Assembly (NCBI GenBank): GCA_003282175.1
Contig: QBZX01000006.1
Span: 11,756-75,755 of the forward strand
Source of the DNA: Pelagibacteraceae bacterium AG-337-G06
GTDB lineage: Bacteria > Pseudomonadota > Alphaproteobacteria > Pelagibacterales > AG-422-B15
Length of the DNA stretch: 64,000 nucleotides
Reading direction: 5' to 3'
Shown here: piece by piece, positions 1-11,618 of the stretch
Numbering within the stretch: position 1 is the stretch's first letter
Layout of the letters: each line of letters begins with the position of its first letter
Translations under genes and position numbers: made by a program
The notes under the pieces: model-generated
Seen by the model: only the letters and a program-made list of their open reading frames with translations
Told to the model about the DNA's origin: nothing
Database searches by the model: none

Positions 1-557
1 CTTACTCCAATTAATTTCTTATTTGTTAATATTACTAATGAGTAAGCTCCTTGAATTTTGAATAAAGCATCTATTAATTTATCAACTGTTTGCTGCCTAT
101 TTGATTTAGCTACAAGCTGAAGAATTGTTTCTGTATCAGATGTCGACTGAAATATAGCACCTTCTTTAACAAGAGAATCCCTTAAAATAGAAGCATTAGT
201 TAAATTTCCATTATGCGCGCATGCAAAACCGCCTGAGGATAGATCCGCATAGAGTGGCTGGATATTTTTTAGTATTGAGTTTCCAGTTGTGGAATATCTT
301 ACATGACCTATAGCGTTGCTACCTAAGAGCCTGTCTATAACTTCTGATTTATTAAAGTGATCACCTACTAGGCCAGGTCTTCTAACGCCATGAAATTTTT
401 CACCATCAAAAGTTACGATACCAGCACCCTCTTGTCCTCTATGCTGAAGTGCATGTAGCCCTAAAGCTGTTAAAGTTGCTGCGTCTGGACTTCCGAATAT
501 ACCAAATACGCCACACTCTTCATGAAGTTTATCTTCAGAAGTATCTATTTGGATCAT
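1..557 (-). CDS. purF: Amidophosphoribosyltransferase, N-terminal part (gene continues past the left edge of the window)
   Basis: Not in the ORF track because no stop lies in the window. My own minus-strand translation from the ATG at 557-555 reads MIQIDTSEDKLHEECGVFGIFGSPDAATLTALGLHALQHRGQEGAG... It contains the Ntn-amidotransferase Cys context ECGVFGI and the HRGQEGAGI motif typical of PurF. Confidence 0.85.
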   Translation of the reverse strand, partial: MIQIDTSEDKLHEECGVFGIFGSPDAATLTALGLHALQHRGQEGAGIVTFDGEKFHGVRRPGLVGDHFNKSEVIDRLLGSNAIGHVRYSTTGNSILKNIQPLYADLSSGGFACAHNGNLTNASILRDSLVKEGAIFQSTSDTETILQLVAKSNRQQTVDKLIDALFKIQGAYSLVILTNKKLIGV

Positions 558-572
558 TTCAAATTTTAAAAA

Positions 573-2648
573 TTATTCTTCAGTATCCTTAATTGATAAC
601 TTAACTTTACCCTTATCAAAACCAAGAACCTTTACTTTGACTATATCACCCTCATTTACTACGTCAGTAACTTTTTCAACTCTTTCATTTGAGAGTTGAG
701 AAATGTGAACAAGGCCATCTCTTTTTCCAAAGAAGTTAACAAAAGCACCAAATTCCATAATCTTAACAACTTTGCCTTCATAAACTTGTCCTACTTCAGG
801 CTCTTCAATTATAGAATTGATTAGTTCTTTAGCTGCCTCAATACTTTCGTTATTAGTTCCAGCAATTTTTACATTTCCATTATCACTTATATCAATCTTT
901 GCCCCAGATTTTTCTATTATATCTTTGATTGTAGAACCGCCTTTACCAATTATTTCACCAATATTGTCTCTTTTAACTTTTATTGTCTCACTACGAGGGG
1001 TGTACGGGCCCAGTTCTGTTCTAGCTTCAGAAAGTTCTTTGTTCATCTCATTAAGAATATAGTCTCTGCCGCCTTTTGCCTGTTCAAGAGCTTTCTCCAT
1101 AATTTCATAGGTGATACCTGTGATCTTAATGTCCATTTGTAGAGATGTTACGCCCTCCTTGGTTCCAGCTACTTTAAAGTCCATATCACCAAGGTGGTCT
1201 TCATCTCCCAAAATATCTGACAGTACAGCGAAGTCATCACCTTCTTTAATTAATCCCATTGCTATACCTGAAACAGAATTTTTTATTGGAACTCCTGCAT
1301 CCATCAAGGCTAGCGATGAACCGCACACAGTTGCCATTGAAGATGATCCATTTGATTCAGTAATATCTGAGACTAATCTAATAGTATAATCAAAATCATC
1401 TTTTGATGGTAAAACCGCCTTGAGAGCTCTCCATGCAAGTTTTCCATGACCAATTTCACGCCTACCTGTTGCTCCTAGTCTTCCTACTTCACCAACTGAA
1501 TATGGTGGAAAATTATAATGAAGCATGAAATTTTCTTTGTATGACCCTTGCAAGGCCTCAATTCTTTGTTCATCTTCGCCAAATCCTAAAGTTGCCACAA
1601 CAATTGCTTGTGTCTCACCTCTTGTAAATAAAGCTGATCCATGCGTTCTAGGTAGCCACGATACTTCCGATGAAATATTTCGTACTTCATCTAACTTACG
1701 ACCATCAATTCTAGATTGATTGTTTAATATTTGAGATCTTACAACATTTTTTTCTATTTTTTTAAAATATCCCATCACTTCGTTGATGCTGTATTCCTCA
1801 TTCTCTTTATATTGATCTTCTAAACTTGACTTAATCTCAGAAAGTGAGTTTTGTCTTTCCATCTTATCAACAATTGAGTAGCTCTTTGCGATTCTATCTT
1901 CGCAAGTTTTTTTAATTTCATCTAACAAAGGCTCATTGATTGTGTGGCTGAACTCCCAAGGATCATTTGCGCATTCCTCAGCAAGATTGATTATGATTTT
2001 TATCACTTCTTGCATTGACTCGTGACCAAACTTTACCGCTCCTAGCATTATTTCCTCTGATAGCTGTTTCGCTTCAGATTCAACCATTAGTACAGCATTG
2101 CTAGTACCCGCAACGACTAGATCAAGATCGCCATCATCGTTTATTTTTGGATTCAATGTATAATTTGATCCATCGTAGCCCACTCTGCAACCACCAATTG
2201 GACCCATAAAAGGAACTCCAGACAAGGTTAATGCACTGGAGGCTGCTATCATTGCAACAATGTCAGGGTTGGTTTCTCCATCATGTGAAAGTACAGTTAA
2301 TATAACTTGAGTTTCGTTTTTGAAACCCTCTGGAAAAAGCGGCCTGATAGGACGATCAATTAATCTTGAGGTAAGGGTTTCAAACTCTGTTGGCCTTCCC
2401 TCTCTCTTAAAAAAACCTCCTGGAATTTTACCAGCAGCATAGAACTTTTCCTGGTAACTTACTGTTAGTGGAAAGAAATCCAAATCTGGTTTTGGCTCTC
2501 TAGCTGCTACGACGTTTGCCATAACAACTGTATCACCATAGCTAACAATTGTTGATGATGTTGCCTGTTTTGCTACTTTTCCTGTTTCTATTTTTAGTTT
2601 CTGGTCGCCCCAGTTCATTTCTCTTGAAATCACTTCTTTCATATTCAT
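573..2648 (-). CDS. pnp: Polyribonucleotide nucleotidyltransferase (PNPase)
   Basis: 691 aa with two RNase PH-like halves ([14 protein letters not shown]), a KH region and a C-terminal S1 region ([15 protein letters not shown]). Sits downstream of rpsO, as in most bacteria. Confidence 0.97.
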   Translation of the reverse strand: MNMKEVISREMNWGDQKLKIETGKVAKQATSSTIVSYGDTVVMANVVAAREPKPDLDFFPLTVSYQEKFYAAGKIPGGFFKREGRPTEFETLTSRLIDRPIRPLFPEGFKNETQVILTVLSHDGETNPDIVAMIAASSALTLSGVPFMGPIGGCRVGYDGSNYTLNPKINDDGDLDLVVAGTSNAVLMVESEAKQLSEEIMLGAVKFGHESMQEVIKIIINLAEECANDPWEFSHTINEPLLDEIKKTCEDRIAKSYSIVDKMERQNSLSEIKSSLEDQYKENEEYSINEVMGYFKKIEKNVVRSQILNNQSRIDGRKLDEVRNISSEVSWLPRTHGSALFTRGETQAIVVATLGFGEDEQRIEALQGSYKENFMLHYNFPPYSVGEVGRLGATGRREIGHGKLAWRALKAVLPSKDDFDYTIRLVSDITESNGSSSMATVCGSSLALMDAGVPIKNSVSGIAMGLIKEGDDFAVLSDILGDEDHLGDMDFKVAGTKEGVTSLQMDIKITGITYEIMEKALEQAKGGRDYILNEMNKELSEARTELGPYTPRSETIKVKRDNIGEIIGKGGSTIKDIIEKSGAKIDISDNGNVKIAGTNNESIEAAKELINSIIEEPEVGQVYEGKVVKIMEFGAFVNFFGKRDGLVHISQLSNERVEKVTDVVNEGDIVKVKVLGFDKGKVKLSIKDTEE

Positions 2649-2678
2649 CCATTCCTTTAAATTTAATATAGTTCATTA

Positions 2679-2948
2679 TTATTTTCTAATTCCTAATTTA
2701 TCGATTAACTTGTCATAAGAATCTTTATTGCTTTTCTTTAAATACGCTAGCAAGCTGCGTCTTTGATTTATCAACCTCATTAATCCTGTTCTAGAATGAT
2801 TGTCTTTTTTATGAGATTGAAAATGTTCAGTCAGATTAGTAATTCTCTCAGTAAGAATCGCTATTTGTACTTCTGGAGAACCTGTATCCTTTTCTGATCT
2901 TGAATACTCGTTTATGAGTCTACTTTTGTTTTCACTTTTTATCGACAT
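2679..2948 (-). CDS. rpsO: 30S ribosomal protein S15
   Basis: 89 aa with [21 protein letters not shown]...[11 protein letters not shown], typical of S15. Conserved truB-rpsO-pnp order. Confidence 0.96.
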   Translation of the reverse strand: MSIKSENKSRLINEYSRSEKDTGSPEVQIAILTERITNLTEHFQSHKKDNHSRTGLMRLINQRRSLLAYLKKSNKDSYDKLIDKLGIRK

Positions 2949-2959
2949 CTCTTTTCCTT

Positions 2960-3835
2960 TTACAAATTGAAAACCCTTACAGGTTTTATTTTTCCTTCTA
3001 CAATCTTACCAATGCCTAAAAGTTTTTCGTCAGATATTGTTAACAAAGTATCTTCGAATGTTTCTTTATTAAAATAATCAAAGTTTAGGCCATTTTGAAA
3101 TTTCTTACTCAAATCACTATCCAGCAGCACTGCCGGGATGTCGTCCAGTACATCTTGGATAGGATGTATTATTTCAAAATGATCGCCAATATGTACTAAT
3201 TCGGCTAAATTATCTAGTAAAATAATATTATTTTCACCAAATTTTCCAATTTTAATCCTTCTTAACTCAGAAACATGAGCAAATGTATTAAGGATTTTAC
3301 CTAAATCTCTTGCAAATGATCTTACATAGGTTCCGCTAGAACATTCCATAGTAAATCTAAATTCTTCTTTTTTTTGCGTAGCTGAACACTTGAGATTATA
3401 AATATTTACTTGTTTAGATTTAATTTCAAAGGTTTTGTTTTCTCTTGCTAATTTATAAGCTCTTTTGCCATTTATTTTTACCGCTGAATATTTGGGAGGA
3501 ACTTGATGTTGAAAACCAATGAAATGTTTTAAACATATATCGATGTCTTTCTTTGATGGAATAGTATCTGAGGTCTGCAGAGTTTTGCCTGTGTAGTCAT
3601 CAGTATCTTTTGATATTCCAAACAAAACTCGAAATTGATAGAACTTACGAGCATTAAAATACGATATACTTTTCGTTGCTTCGCCTAATGCTACTGCTAG
3701 TACTCCAGTTGCAAAAGGATCAAGAGTTCCCGCATGACCAATTTTTTTAATGTTAAGAATTTTTCTTAGTTTTCTTATAACTTCAAATGAACTTATATCT
3801 TTAGGCTTGTCTATAAAGATCCAACCATCTTTCAT
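2960..3835 (-). CDS. truB: tRNA pseudouridine-55 synthase
   Basis: [14 protein letters not shown] catalytic Asp motif. Position between rbfA and rpsO. Confidence 0.95.
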   Translation of the reverse strand: MKDGWIFIDKPKDISSFEVIRKLRKILNIKKIGHAGTLDPFATGVLAVALGEATKSISYFNARKFYQFRVLFGISKDTDDYTGKTLQTSDTIPSKKDIDICLKHFIGFQHQVPPKYSAVKINGKRAYKLARENKTFEIKSKQVNIYNLKCSATQKKEEFRFTMECSSGTYVRSFARDLGKILNTFAHVSELRRIKIGKFGENNIILLDNLAELVHIGDHFEIIHPIQDVLDDIPAVLLDSDLSKKFQNGLNFDYFNKETFEDTLLTISDEKLLGIGKIVEGKIKPVRVFNL

Positions 3836-3836
3836 C

Positions 3837-4226
3837 TTAATCTACATTATTGTCTTTAATAAATTTTTCAGAGTTTAATAGATTGTTAATATGATTTAAT
3901 TGGTCAACTGTCTCATCATTTCGAAATACTAACTTGGGAATAAATTTAAGTTCTACCAACTTATTAATTTCTTGGGAAATGTATTTTTTACAACTCTTTA
4001 ATCTTTCTATAATTTCATCCTTATTTATTTCTTCATGAGTTAATACATATACATATGCAATTTTTAAATCTTTGTTCATTTCAACATTAACAACACTTAA
4101 CGGAAAATTGAATGATGGATTAATTGGAAATTCATTTCTCACAAGAACTTCACTTACTGCTTTTCTAATTATTTCAGAAACTTTAAGCGATCTATCAGTG
4201 GTTTCGTATTTTCTTTTTAGGATCAC
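3837..4226 (-). CDS. rbfA: Ribosome-binding factor A
   Basis: 129 aa, located immediately after infB with a 4-nt overlap. RbfA-like core: VVNVEMNKDLKIAYVYV. Confidence 0.9.
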   Translation of the reverse strand: MILKRKYETTDRSLKVSEIIRKAVSEVLVRNEFPINPSFNFPLSVVNVEMNKDLKIAYVYVLTHEEINKDEIIERLKSCKKYISQEINKLVELKFIPKLVFRNDETVDQLNHINNLLNSEKFIKDNNVD

Positions 4227-6628
4227 AGTGATTGTGCTATTTCCTCAACACTAAATACTTCTAAATTATCACCTATTTGGAAATCGTTAAATTCTTTAAC
4301 ACTAATTCCACATTCTGTCCCGGCTTTCACTTCATTTGCTTCATTTTTTTCTCGTTTTAAACTAAGAATATCGCCATCATATATGGTTTCAGAATTTCTT
4401 ATCACTCTTACTTTAGCATTTTTATTAACAGAACCTTCAACAACAATACAACCAGCAATTGAACCAATTTTTGAAACTTTGAAAATTTGTAGTACTTCTG
4501 CCTTACCAATAAAACTCTCTTCAAGAGTAGGCTTAAGTTTGCCACTTGCAAAATCAGAAACATATTCAAGAAGTTCATAAATAATATTAAAATTTTGAAT
4601 ACTTAGATTACTTAACTTAGCTTTTGATTTTGCCTCCTTTGTTGCAGTTGTATTAAATGAAATGAGTAATGCATCAGATGCTGACGCAAGGGCAACATCA
4701 CTTTCATTTATAAATCCTACACCTGAATGAATTACTTTTATGTTTATCTTATCACTTTCAATGCCTTCAATTTGATGAACTATGGCTTCTGAAGATCCTC
4801 GAGTATCAGATTTCACCACAACTTCCAAAATTTCCTTCGTCACATTTAATGAGCCAAATGTTGAATCCCCATCTAGATTTTTGATCTTCTTAGGTAAAGC
4901 TTTATTAATTTTAATTTCGCTTCTAATTTCACATAACTCTCTTGCTTTTTCGTCACTTTCAACCGTAACAAAACTGTCTCCAGCCTCGGGAGGATTATTT
5001 AATCCTAAAACCTGTACAGGCATAGATGAAGTTGCCTCTTTTAAATTTTTTCCCTTATCATTTAGTATTGCTCTTACCTTACCGTATTCACTTCCCGCAA
5101 CAGCAATATCTCCAACAGATAGTTTTCCATTTGTAATAATTATATTACATATTGGCCCTCTACCTTTATCAACATTAGCCTCGATTACAGTGGCTTCAGC
5201 AAAAGTTTGATTATTTGTTTTTAGCTCCGACATCTCTGCCTGCACATTTATTGAGTCAAGAAGTTTGTCAAGGTTATGTCCTGTTTCTGCTGATACTTCA
5301 ATACATTGTACATCTCCTGATAAATCCTCAACTATTAATTCTTCAGACAATAATTGTTCTTTGATTTTTTGAGGTTGAGCTTCCTCTTTATCACACTTAT
5401 TGATTGCAACTATAATTGGGGCATTTGCAGATTTAGCATGGGCTATAGCTTCTTTTGTCTGAGGCATTACTCCATCATCGGCGGCGACAATTAAAATTAC
5501 AATATCAGTTACATTTGCACCTCTTGCTCGCATATCTGTAAATGCTGCATGTCCAGGAGTATCTATAAAAGTAATTTTGCTACCTTTATGCTCTACTTCG
5601 TAAGCACCTATATGCTGAGTAATACCACCACTCTCTCCCGAAACGACATTTGCATTCCTGATTTTGTCTAATATAGAAGTTTTCCCATGATCAACATGGC
5701 CCATTATTGTAACAATAGGTGATCTAAGGTCCTCTTTTATTGCCTCAATATCCTTAGAGATTAAATCTTTCTCTATTTCCTCAATATTTTCTCTTTTAAA
5801 GTTATGACCAAATTCAGTTACTAATAATTCAGCCGTATCTGCATCAAGAGATTCATTTATAGTAGCCATCATTCCCATTTTCATTAAAGATTTAATTAAA
5901 TCTCCTGATTTTTCTGCCATTCGATTGGCGAGTTCTTTTACTGTTATATGTTCGGGAATGTAAACATCCCTTACAATTTTTTTAGCGGGTTCTTGGTCTG
6001 ATTGGTTTTTTCTTGTCTTTTGCTTAGCTCTTTTGTAAGCAGCTAAACTTCTCGTTCTTTCGTCTACATCACTCAAGGCAGTGACAATAGTTACTTTTCT
6101 CTCTCTAATTTTTTTTCTTCCAAAAGTGCTGGATGGTTTCTTTTTTTCTAGAAAATCTGTTTCTTTATCTTGGGCAGCTCTCTTTTTATCAGTATCTTTT
6201 TTATTTTCTTTTAATTCGATACTTAATTCTGTATTGTCCTCAACTTTTGTATCTTTTTCACTTGTGGACTTTTCAGCTAAATTACCTTTTCTTATTTTAT
6301 CAATAGCGTCATTTTTTTCTTCTTTGCTGTCAGCTTGTAAGATCTTTTTTTGTTCATCCTTAGAAAGTGGTTTTAAAATTACACCAGCTCTTGATTTCTT
6401 ATCTGTAATTATTTTTTCTGATACATTGGATGCACTGGTAACTTCTTCTTTATTTGAAGCTACTTGTTCAGGCTTCTGGTCTGTATTAGTATTTCTTTTA
6501 TACCTTTTTTTTTCTACAATTACTGTCTTTCCTGCCTCAATCCCTCTTTTATTAGAGATGATAGGTTTTGAACCCAGCTTAAGACTCAAGGTTTTTTTTC
6601 CTTTTTTTATCTCTTTATTTTCAGTCAT
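4223..6628 (-). CDS. infB: Translation initiation factor IF-2
   Basis: 801 aa with a Lys/Glu-rich N-terminus followed by the GTPase motifs [14 protein letters not shown] and NKCD. Follows nusA. Confidence 0.97.
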   Translation of the reverse strand: MTENKEIKKGKKTLSLKLGSKPIISNKRGIEAGKTVIVEKKRYKRNTNTDQKPEQVASNKEEVTSASNVSEKIITDKKSRAGVILKPLSKDEQKKILQADSKEEKNDAIDKIRKGNLAEKSTSEKDTKVEDNTELSIELKENKKDTDKKRAAQDKETDFLEKKKPSSTFGRKKIRERKVTIVTALSDVDERTRSLAAYKRAKQKTRKNQSDQEPAKKIVRDVYIPEHITVKELANRMAEKSGDLIKSLMKMGMMATINESLDADTAELLVTEFGHNFKRENIEEIEKDLISKDIEAIKEDLRSPIVTIMGHVDHGKTSILDKIRNANVVSGESGGITQHIGAYEVEHKGSKITFIDTPGHAAFTDMRARGANVTDIVILIVAADDGVMPQTKEAIAHAKSANAPIIVAINKCDKEEAQPQKIKEQLLSEELIVEDLSGDVQCIEVSAETGHNLDKLLDSINVQAEMSELKTNNQTFAEATVIEANVDKGRGPICNIIITNGKLSVGDIAVAGSEYGKVRAILNDKGKNLKEATSSMPVQVLGLNNPPEAGDSFVTVESDEKARELCEIRSEIKINKALPKKIKNLDGDSTFGSLNVTKEILEVVVKSDTRGSSEAIVHQIEGIESDKINIKVIHSGVGFINESDVALASASDALLISFNTTATKEAKSKAKLSNLSIQNFNIIYELLEYVSDFASGKLKPTLEESFIGKAEVLQIFKVSKIGSIAGCIVVEGSVNKNAKVRVIRNSETIYDGDILSLKREKNEANEVKAGTECGISVKEFNDFQIGDNLEVFSVEEIAQSL

Positions 6629-6651
6629 AAAAAATCTTTATATATATATGA

Positions 6652-8187
6652 CTAATCAAGCCATATTTTTCTTGCCTCCATAATTAACTGGTCACCTTCA
6701 TCTTTATTAATATTAAATTCTTCAAATAAACCTGTAACCCTAGAATTTTTATCACTCCTATCTTCAAGATATCCAATTAGATCATCAGTTGTTAGACCTG
6801 CAAAATCTTCTAATGTCTTTATATTATTCTCAGCAAGTTTTACCAACATTGCTTTAGATAAAAAACTGAAGTCAATTAAATCTTTTGAAACCTTATACTC
6901 TTCAAGTTTCTTATTATTTTTTTCATCCATCTCAGTCATATATTTCTTTGATCTCTCAACTAACTCAGTTGCAATTTCTTGATCAAATCCTTCAATTGCT
7001 AAAAGTTCGCTTTCTTCCGCATCTATTACCTCTTCAATGCTTCCAAATCCCTCACTTACTAAAAGTTGTGCGAGGGTTTCATCAACATCCAATGAGTCAA
7101 TAAATACATTTGTTTTAGTTGAAAAGTCCTCTTGTCTTTTTGATGACTCCTCATCCTCAGTTAAGATATCTATTTCATAGCCTGTCAGCTCAGTAGCGAG
7201 TTTTACATTTTGTCCTCTTCTTCCAATTGCAAGACTTAAGTGTTCTTCAGAGACTACAACTTCGATTTTGTTTTGATCTTCATCTAAAACTACTTTAAGA
7301 ACTTCGGCTGGAGAAAGAGATGAAATAGCAAGATTTGCGACGTTTTCTGACCAATTAATTATATCAATTTTTTCACCTTGTAATTCATTTACTACTGCTT
7401 GAACTCTACTTCCTCTCATTCCAACGCAGGCTCCTACAGGATCTATTGAGCCATCTTCAGTATATACTGCTATTTTAGCTCTACTTCCTGGATCTCTTGC
7501 AACACTTTTTATAGAAATAATTCCATCATAAATTTCTGGCACTTCCTGCATAAATAACTTCGCCATAAATTGCGGGTGAGATCTAGACATAAAAATCTGT
7601 GGACCTTTAAGTTCAGATCTAACGTCATATATATATGCTCTTACCCTATCACCATTTCTAAGATTTTCTCTTGGTATAGTTTGATCTTTTCTAACAACTC
7701 CTTCAGCTTTACCCAGGTCAAGTACAATATTTCCAAATTCAGACCTTTTTACAATACCGTTTACTATCTCTCCAACTCTATCTTTATATTCATTGTATTG
7801 TCTTTCTCTTTCAGCCTCTCGAACTTTGGAGTTGATCACTTGCTTTGCTGCTTGAGCTCCAATTCTGTCAAAGTCAATTGTAGGTAATGGATCAAGTAAG
7901 ACGTCGCCTAACTGAGCAGCTCCATTAATTTTTTTTGCGGATTTTAAAGTAATTTCAAGAAATTTATTCTTTACCTCTTCAACAACTGACATTTTTCTTG
8001 ATATAGATATATCGCCACTTTCTTGATTTATTTCAACAACAACTTCATTTTCTTCGCCATAATTGCTTTTTGCTGCTTTTTCAATTGCTTCTTCCAATGC
8101 TGAAATTACAATTGATTTGTCAATCATTTTTTCCTGAGCAACAGTCTCAGCTATTCTTAAAATTTCAATTTTATTTGCACTAACCAT
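6652..8187 (-). CDS. nusA: Transcription termination/antitermination factor NusA
   Basis: 511 aa with an S1 domain, KH domains (GACVGMRGSRVQ, AIGRRGQNVKLA) and a C-terminal acidic HhH repeat region. Confidence 0.96.
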   Translation of the reverse strand: MVSANKIEILRIAETVAQEKMIDKSIVISALEEAIEKAAKSNYGEENEVVVEINQESGDISISRKMSVVEEVKNKFLEITLKSAKKINGAAQLGDVLLDPLPTIDFDRIGAQAAKQVINSKVREAERERQYNEYKDRVGEIVNGIVKRSEFGNIVLDLGKAEGVVRKDQTIPRENLRNGDRVRAYIYDVRSELKGPQIFMSRSHPQFMAKLFMQEVPEIYDGIISIKSVARDPGSRAKIAVYTEDGSIDPVGACVGMRGSRVQAVVNELQGEKIDIINWSENVANLAISSLSPAEVLKVVLDEDQNKIEVVVSEEHLSLAIGRRGQNVKLATELTGYEIDILTEDEESSKRQEDFSTKTNVFIDSLDVDETLAQLLVSEGFGSIEEVIDAEESELLAIEGFDQEIATELVERSKKYMTEMDEKNNKKLEEYKVSKDLIDFSFLSKAMLVKLAENNIKTLEDFAGLTTDDLIGYLEDRSDKNSRVTGLFEEFNINKDEGDQLIMEARKIWLD

Positions 8188-8206
8188 GTTTTGTTCCTCT
8201 TAGCGT

Positions 8207-8234
8207 AAAAAAAAAGTGGGCTTAACCCACTTTT
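8207..8234 (-). terminator. Hairpin with flanking A9/T4 runs; intrinsic-terminator-like on the minus strand (possibly bidirectional), between trmB and nusA
   Basis: The plus strand reads AAAAAAAAA-GTGGG-CTTAA-CCCAC-TTTT. On the minus strand this becomes AAAA-GTGGG-TTAAG-CCCAC-TTTTTTTTT. The GC stem is only 5 bp, extendable by A-U pairs. It is the only GC hairpin followed by a long U-run that I found in the window. Confidence 0.45.
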
Positions 8235-8260
8235 GCTCGGTTTAGCTGTATTTTGAAAGA

Positions 8261-8289
8261 TCTATACACTGCTAATTCTCATAAATCAA
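8261..8289 (-). promoter_or_regulatory. Putative sigma-70-type promoter for the nusA-infB operon
   Basis: The minus strand reads TTGATT (8289-8284), a 17-nt spacer, then TATAGA (8266-8261). It lies upstream of the hairpin-U-tract and the nusA RBS (AAGAGGA). Confidence 0.3.
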
Positions 8290-8310
8290 GTATCTAAATA
8301 TGCAATGATA

Positions 8311-9012
8311 TCAAAAAGTTATCTGGTATATTTTCTTTCCATTTTTAATGGCTTTTCTCTGATATCTTGAAACACCGTATAGTGTATCATTTTTCGATAA
8401 AATCTTATTTTTATTTTCATGAATTATCTTTGAATTTGAACTAAATATTTCATTGATGTGATTAAAGTAATTTTCGGAGTCTGTTGTAATGTAGGAAGAA
8501 TATTTATTTTTTACTATTCTACTTATCTTAATAATATTTTCTAAATTAACTAATCTTCGTTTGAAATGGCGTTTTTTGTGCCATGGATCAGGGTTAATAA
8601 TTTTCAATTCATCAATGCTATTTTGATTAAGTGTATTAAGCAAGTGTATAAAATTCATACCACACAAACGAATATTTTTAATATCGTGCTCTAGTATTTG
8701 TTTTAATACTTTAGCAACTCCATTAACATATACTTCTGAGCCAACAAATAAAATATTTGGGTTAGAAAGAGCGCTTTCAATAAGATATTCTCCATTGCCA
8801 AAACCGACTTCTATTATTATTTTTCTGAATAAGCTAGAGTCTAGCAACTGCTCTGTATTTATTTTAGAAGAAATATTTAATATTTTTTTATCTAATGAAA
8901 AATTACTATAGCTATCGTTTAAAATTCTTACGTTAGATAATGAAAGCTTCTTAGTAATATTTCTTCCATAATACTGATAATAATCTGGAAATTTTGATCT
9001 TAAGTCTAACAA
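8311..9012 (-). CDS. trmB: tRNA (guanine-N7)-methyltransferase
   Basis: Motifs EVGFGNGEYL (SAM-binding) and PDPWHKKRHFKRRL, plus the N-terminal YGR..KKL element. The start codon at 9012-9010 is TTG, and there is no in-frame ATG before the conserved core. Confidence 0.9.
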   Translation of the reverse strand: MLDLRSKFPDYYQYYGRNITKKLSLSNVRILNDSYSNFSLDKKILNISSKINTEQLLDSSLFRKIIIEVGFGNGEYLIESALSNPNILFVGSEVYVNGVAKVLKQILEHDIKNIRLCGMNFIHLLNTLNQNSIDELKIINPDPWHKKRHFKRRLVNLENIIKISRIVKNKYSSYITTDSENYFNHINEIFSSNSKIIHENKNKILSKNDTLYGVSRYQRKAIKNGKKIYQITF

Positions 9013-9016
9013 TAAA

Positions 9017-10174
9017 TTATAATTTTTCCGCTAGATCCAATTTTTCCCAGGAAAAAGAACCATCTGCCATAGGTTCTCTACCAAAATGTCCGTATGCAGC
9101 ACTTTTTTTATAGATTGGCTTATGCAAACTTAAATGATCTCTTATACCTCTAGGGGATAAGTCAATATTATCCGTTATTTTTTTTATCAAATCATCATCA
9201 CTTATTTGAGATGTTCCATGAGTATCTACATAAATTGATAATGGTTCAGAAACACCAATAGCATATGCTAGCTGAAGCGTGCATCTATCAGCTAATCCAG
9301 CTGCAACTACATTTTTTGCTATGTATCTTGAAATATAGGCAGCAGATCTATCAACTTTTGTTGGATCTTTTCCAGAAAAAGCTCCTCCACCATGAGGTGC
9401 AGCACCGCCGTAGGTATCAACAATGATTTTTCTTCCTGTTAATCCAGTATCACCATCAGGGCCACCAATCACAAATTTTCCAGTTGGATTTATTAGTATT
9501 TCAGTATTATTATTCAACCATTCTTGAGGCATTACAGTTTTAATTATTGGTATTAATAAATCACTAACAGCTTGCTGATCGAGTTCAGCATCGTGTTGAC
9601 TAGAAACAACGATTTTAGTACATATTTCAGGCTCACCATTTTGATACTTTAATGTAACCTGACTTTTAGAGTCAGGTTGTATTCCGATAGTATTTCCAGA
9701 TTTTCGCTCTGATGCCATCAACTCAAGTATCTTATGAGAATAATATATTGGTGCTGGCATTAAAGATGGTGTTTCTTTACATGCATACCCAAACATTATT
9801 CCTTGATCCCCCGCACCTTGATCTTTATTTCCAGATGCATCAACACCCATTGCTATATCTGCAGATTGACTATGAACCCCTGAAGAATCAAATGACAAAT
9901 TTTTCCAATGAAATCCATCTTGTTCGTATCCAATTTCTTTAACTGCATTTCTTGCTAGCTCTTCGTAATTACAATTGTATCCTTCAGGACCACGAACTTC
10001 ACCAGCAATAACGACTTTATTCGTAGTTACCAGTGTTTCCATTGCAACCCTTGCATTCTCTGGATTTTCCTGTGATAAAAAATCATCCACGATTGAGTCT
10101 GAAATAATATCACATACTTTGTCAGGATGACCTTCTGACACTGATTCACTTGTAAATAAATATTCTTTAGTCAT
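9017..10174 (-). CDS. metK: S-adenosylmethionine synthetase
   Basis: Motifs SEGHPDK, GAGDQG and GGGAFSGKD. 385 aa. Confidence 0.97.
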   Translation of the reverse strand: MTKEYLFTSESVSEGHPDKVCDIISDSIVDDFLSQENPENARVAMETLVTTNKVVIAGEVRGPEGYNCNYEELARNAVKEIGYEQDGFHWKNLSFDSSGVHSQSADIAMGVDASGNKDQGAGDQGIMFGYACKETPSLMPAPIYYSHKILELMASERKSGNTIGIQPDSKSQVTLKYQNGEPEICTKIVVSSQHDAELDQQAVSDLLIPIIKTVMPQEWLNNNTEILINPTGKFVIGGPDGDTGLTGRKIIVDTYGGAAPHGGGAFSGKDPTKVDRSAAYISRYIAKNVVAAGLADRCTLQLAYAIGVSEPLSIYVDTHGTSQISDDDLIKKITDNIDLSPRGIRDHLSLHKPIYKKSAAYGHFGREPMADGSFSWEKLDLAEKL

Positions 10175-11612
10175 TTTTTTTCCTCAAAAATAATTGATCA
10201 ATAGCATAGCCAATAATAAAAAATAAAACTATTAAAAAATACACCGATAATTCACCATACTGCCGATAAATAGTCGTTTTAATTTTTTTGGGTATTTCTA
10301 CATCTAAAAAGGAAATTTTATCTGGAATGACTATTCCATCTACAGTGCCAATGGGGTTAATCAATGCAGATATACCCCTATTAGATGATCTCGCGAGAGG
10401 TATCCCTAATTCAACTGATCTGTATAGTACGTGTATAAAATGTTGTTTTGGACCACTAAAAGTACCAAACCATGCATCATTGGTAATATTTACTAATAAT
10501 TCAGTTTCATTATTAATTCTATTACGGACAAAATTAGGAAATATAGCCTCATAACAAATGAGTGGTGTGATGTTTTTTTCAAAGAATTGATCATCATTGC
10601 CGCTCGTCATTGAGTTTAAAAATAGAGAGTTTTTAGGAAAAAATATTTTTAGAAAATTAGAGAATGGTATTTTTTCACCAAAGGGCACTAGTTTAATTTT
10701 GTCGTATTGGTGATCATTGAAAGATAATGAATTATAATATACTCCTTCTTCATTACGAATAAAGCCAATGATCCAATTTGATGGACCTATGCCTTCCGTT
10801 CCAAAAGCAGTTTCAGGGAATACTGTTATCAAATCCTGAGAGCCTATCTTAGCTATCTTCTCGTGTGATTCCTTTTTCCACTTTTCATTTTGATCAAAAT
10901 TAGTGTGAACAATCCTTATACTACTACCAGACTTTTTTCCTTCATAGTTACTTACTCGATTGTAACCGTATAAAAATATTGTGAGCAATACTGTGATGGC
11001 AATTAGAGGTAACATAAAATTGTTTTGTTTTGTTCTAAAAGAAAAAAAACTAGCTGCACAAAAAACAGTGATTAGGCTGAGACCAAATACACCAAATATA
11101 GATAAAGATTGCATAAAATATATGGACCATGACCAGGTGTGGGCAATTAGATTCCATGGAAAACCTGTGAATATATAACTTCTTAATAATTCAAATATTA
11201 CCCAATTAGCTGAGAAATATAAAATACGTGAAGTGGACTGAGACCATGAAATGTAATTGAAAATTTGCATAAGTGCGTAAAACAGTGACAAAACAAGTGG
11301 GAGGATTAACAGTGGTACTGGAATTAAGTAATATAAATCTGTATTAAACTGTAAAATTGAATTTGAAATCCAATTAATGCTTGATATAAAAAATCCAAAC
11401 CCAAAAATTAGTCCTGTGAGAAAAAATATTTTCTTTTTATTTTCTAAATTTTGATAAATATAATCATTCGCTAAAAAAAATGTGCCTATTACAAAAATTG
11501 ACATAAAAGGCAATTTAAAAGGCTCAAAGCTGAGGGATAAGAGTATTCCAAGTAAAAAGAAGAAGGAATAAATAAAAAGTTTTTTATTTTTAAAAAAAAC
11601 TTTTGAATCCAT
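10167..11612 (-). CDS. lnt: Apolipoprotein N-acyltransferase
   Basis: 481 aa with a multi-TM N-terminal half and a CN-hydrolase domain ([18 protein letters not shown]). Sits after corC-ybeY, as in other proteobacteria. Confidence 0.9.
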   Translation of the reverse strand: MDSKVFFKNKKLFIYSFFFLLGILLSLSFEPFKLPFMSIFVIGTFFLANDYIYQNLENKKKIFFLTGLIFGFGFFISSINWISNSILQFNTDLYYLIPVPLLILPLVLSLFYALMQIFNYISWSQSTSRILYFSANWVIFELLRSYIFTGFPWNLIAHTWSWSIYFMQSLSIFGVFGLSLITVFCAASFFSFRTKQNNFMLPLIAITVLLTIFLYGYNRVSNYEGKKSGSSIRIVHTNFDQNEKWKKESHEKIAKIGSQDLITVFPETAFGTEGIGPSNWIIGFIRNEEGVYYNSLSFNDHQYDKIKLVPFGEKIPFSNFLKIFFPKNSLFLNSMTSGNDDQFFEKNITPLICYEAIFPNFVRNRINNETELLVNITNDAWFGTFSGPKQHFIHVLYRSVELGIPLARSSNRGISALINPIGTVDGIVIPDKISFLDVEIPKKIKTTIYRQYGELSVYFLIVLFFIIGYAIDQLFLRKKND

Positions 11613-11618
11613 ATACTA

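Noticed and set aside
817-1719. Three plus-strand ORFs (817-1062, 1111-1389, 1525-1719) inside pnp.
   Set aside because: They are antisense to a strongly conserved gene. The products are Ser/Leu/Ile-rich with no motifs. These are typical shadow ORFs.
6081-6683. A 200-aa plus-strand ORF, the longest unassigned ORF in the track.
   Set aside because: It lies almost entirely antisense to the Lys/Glu-rich N-terminal region of infB. Its translation is low-complexity (Phe/Ser/Leu-rich), which is what the antisense of AAA/GAA-rich coding sequence gives. It has no recognisable motif and no room for its own expression signals.
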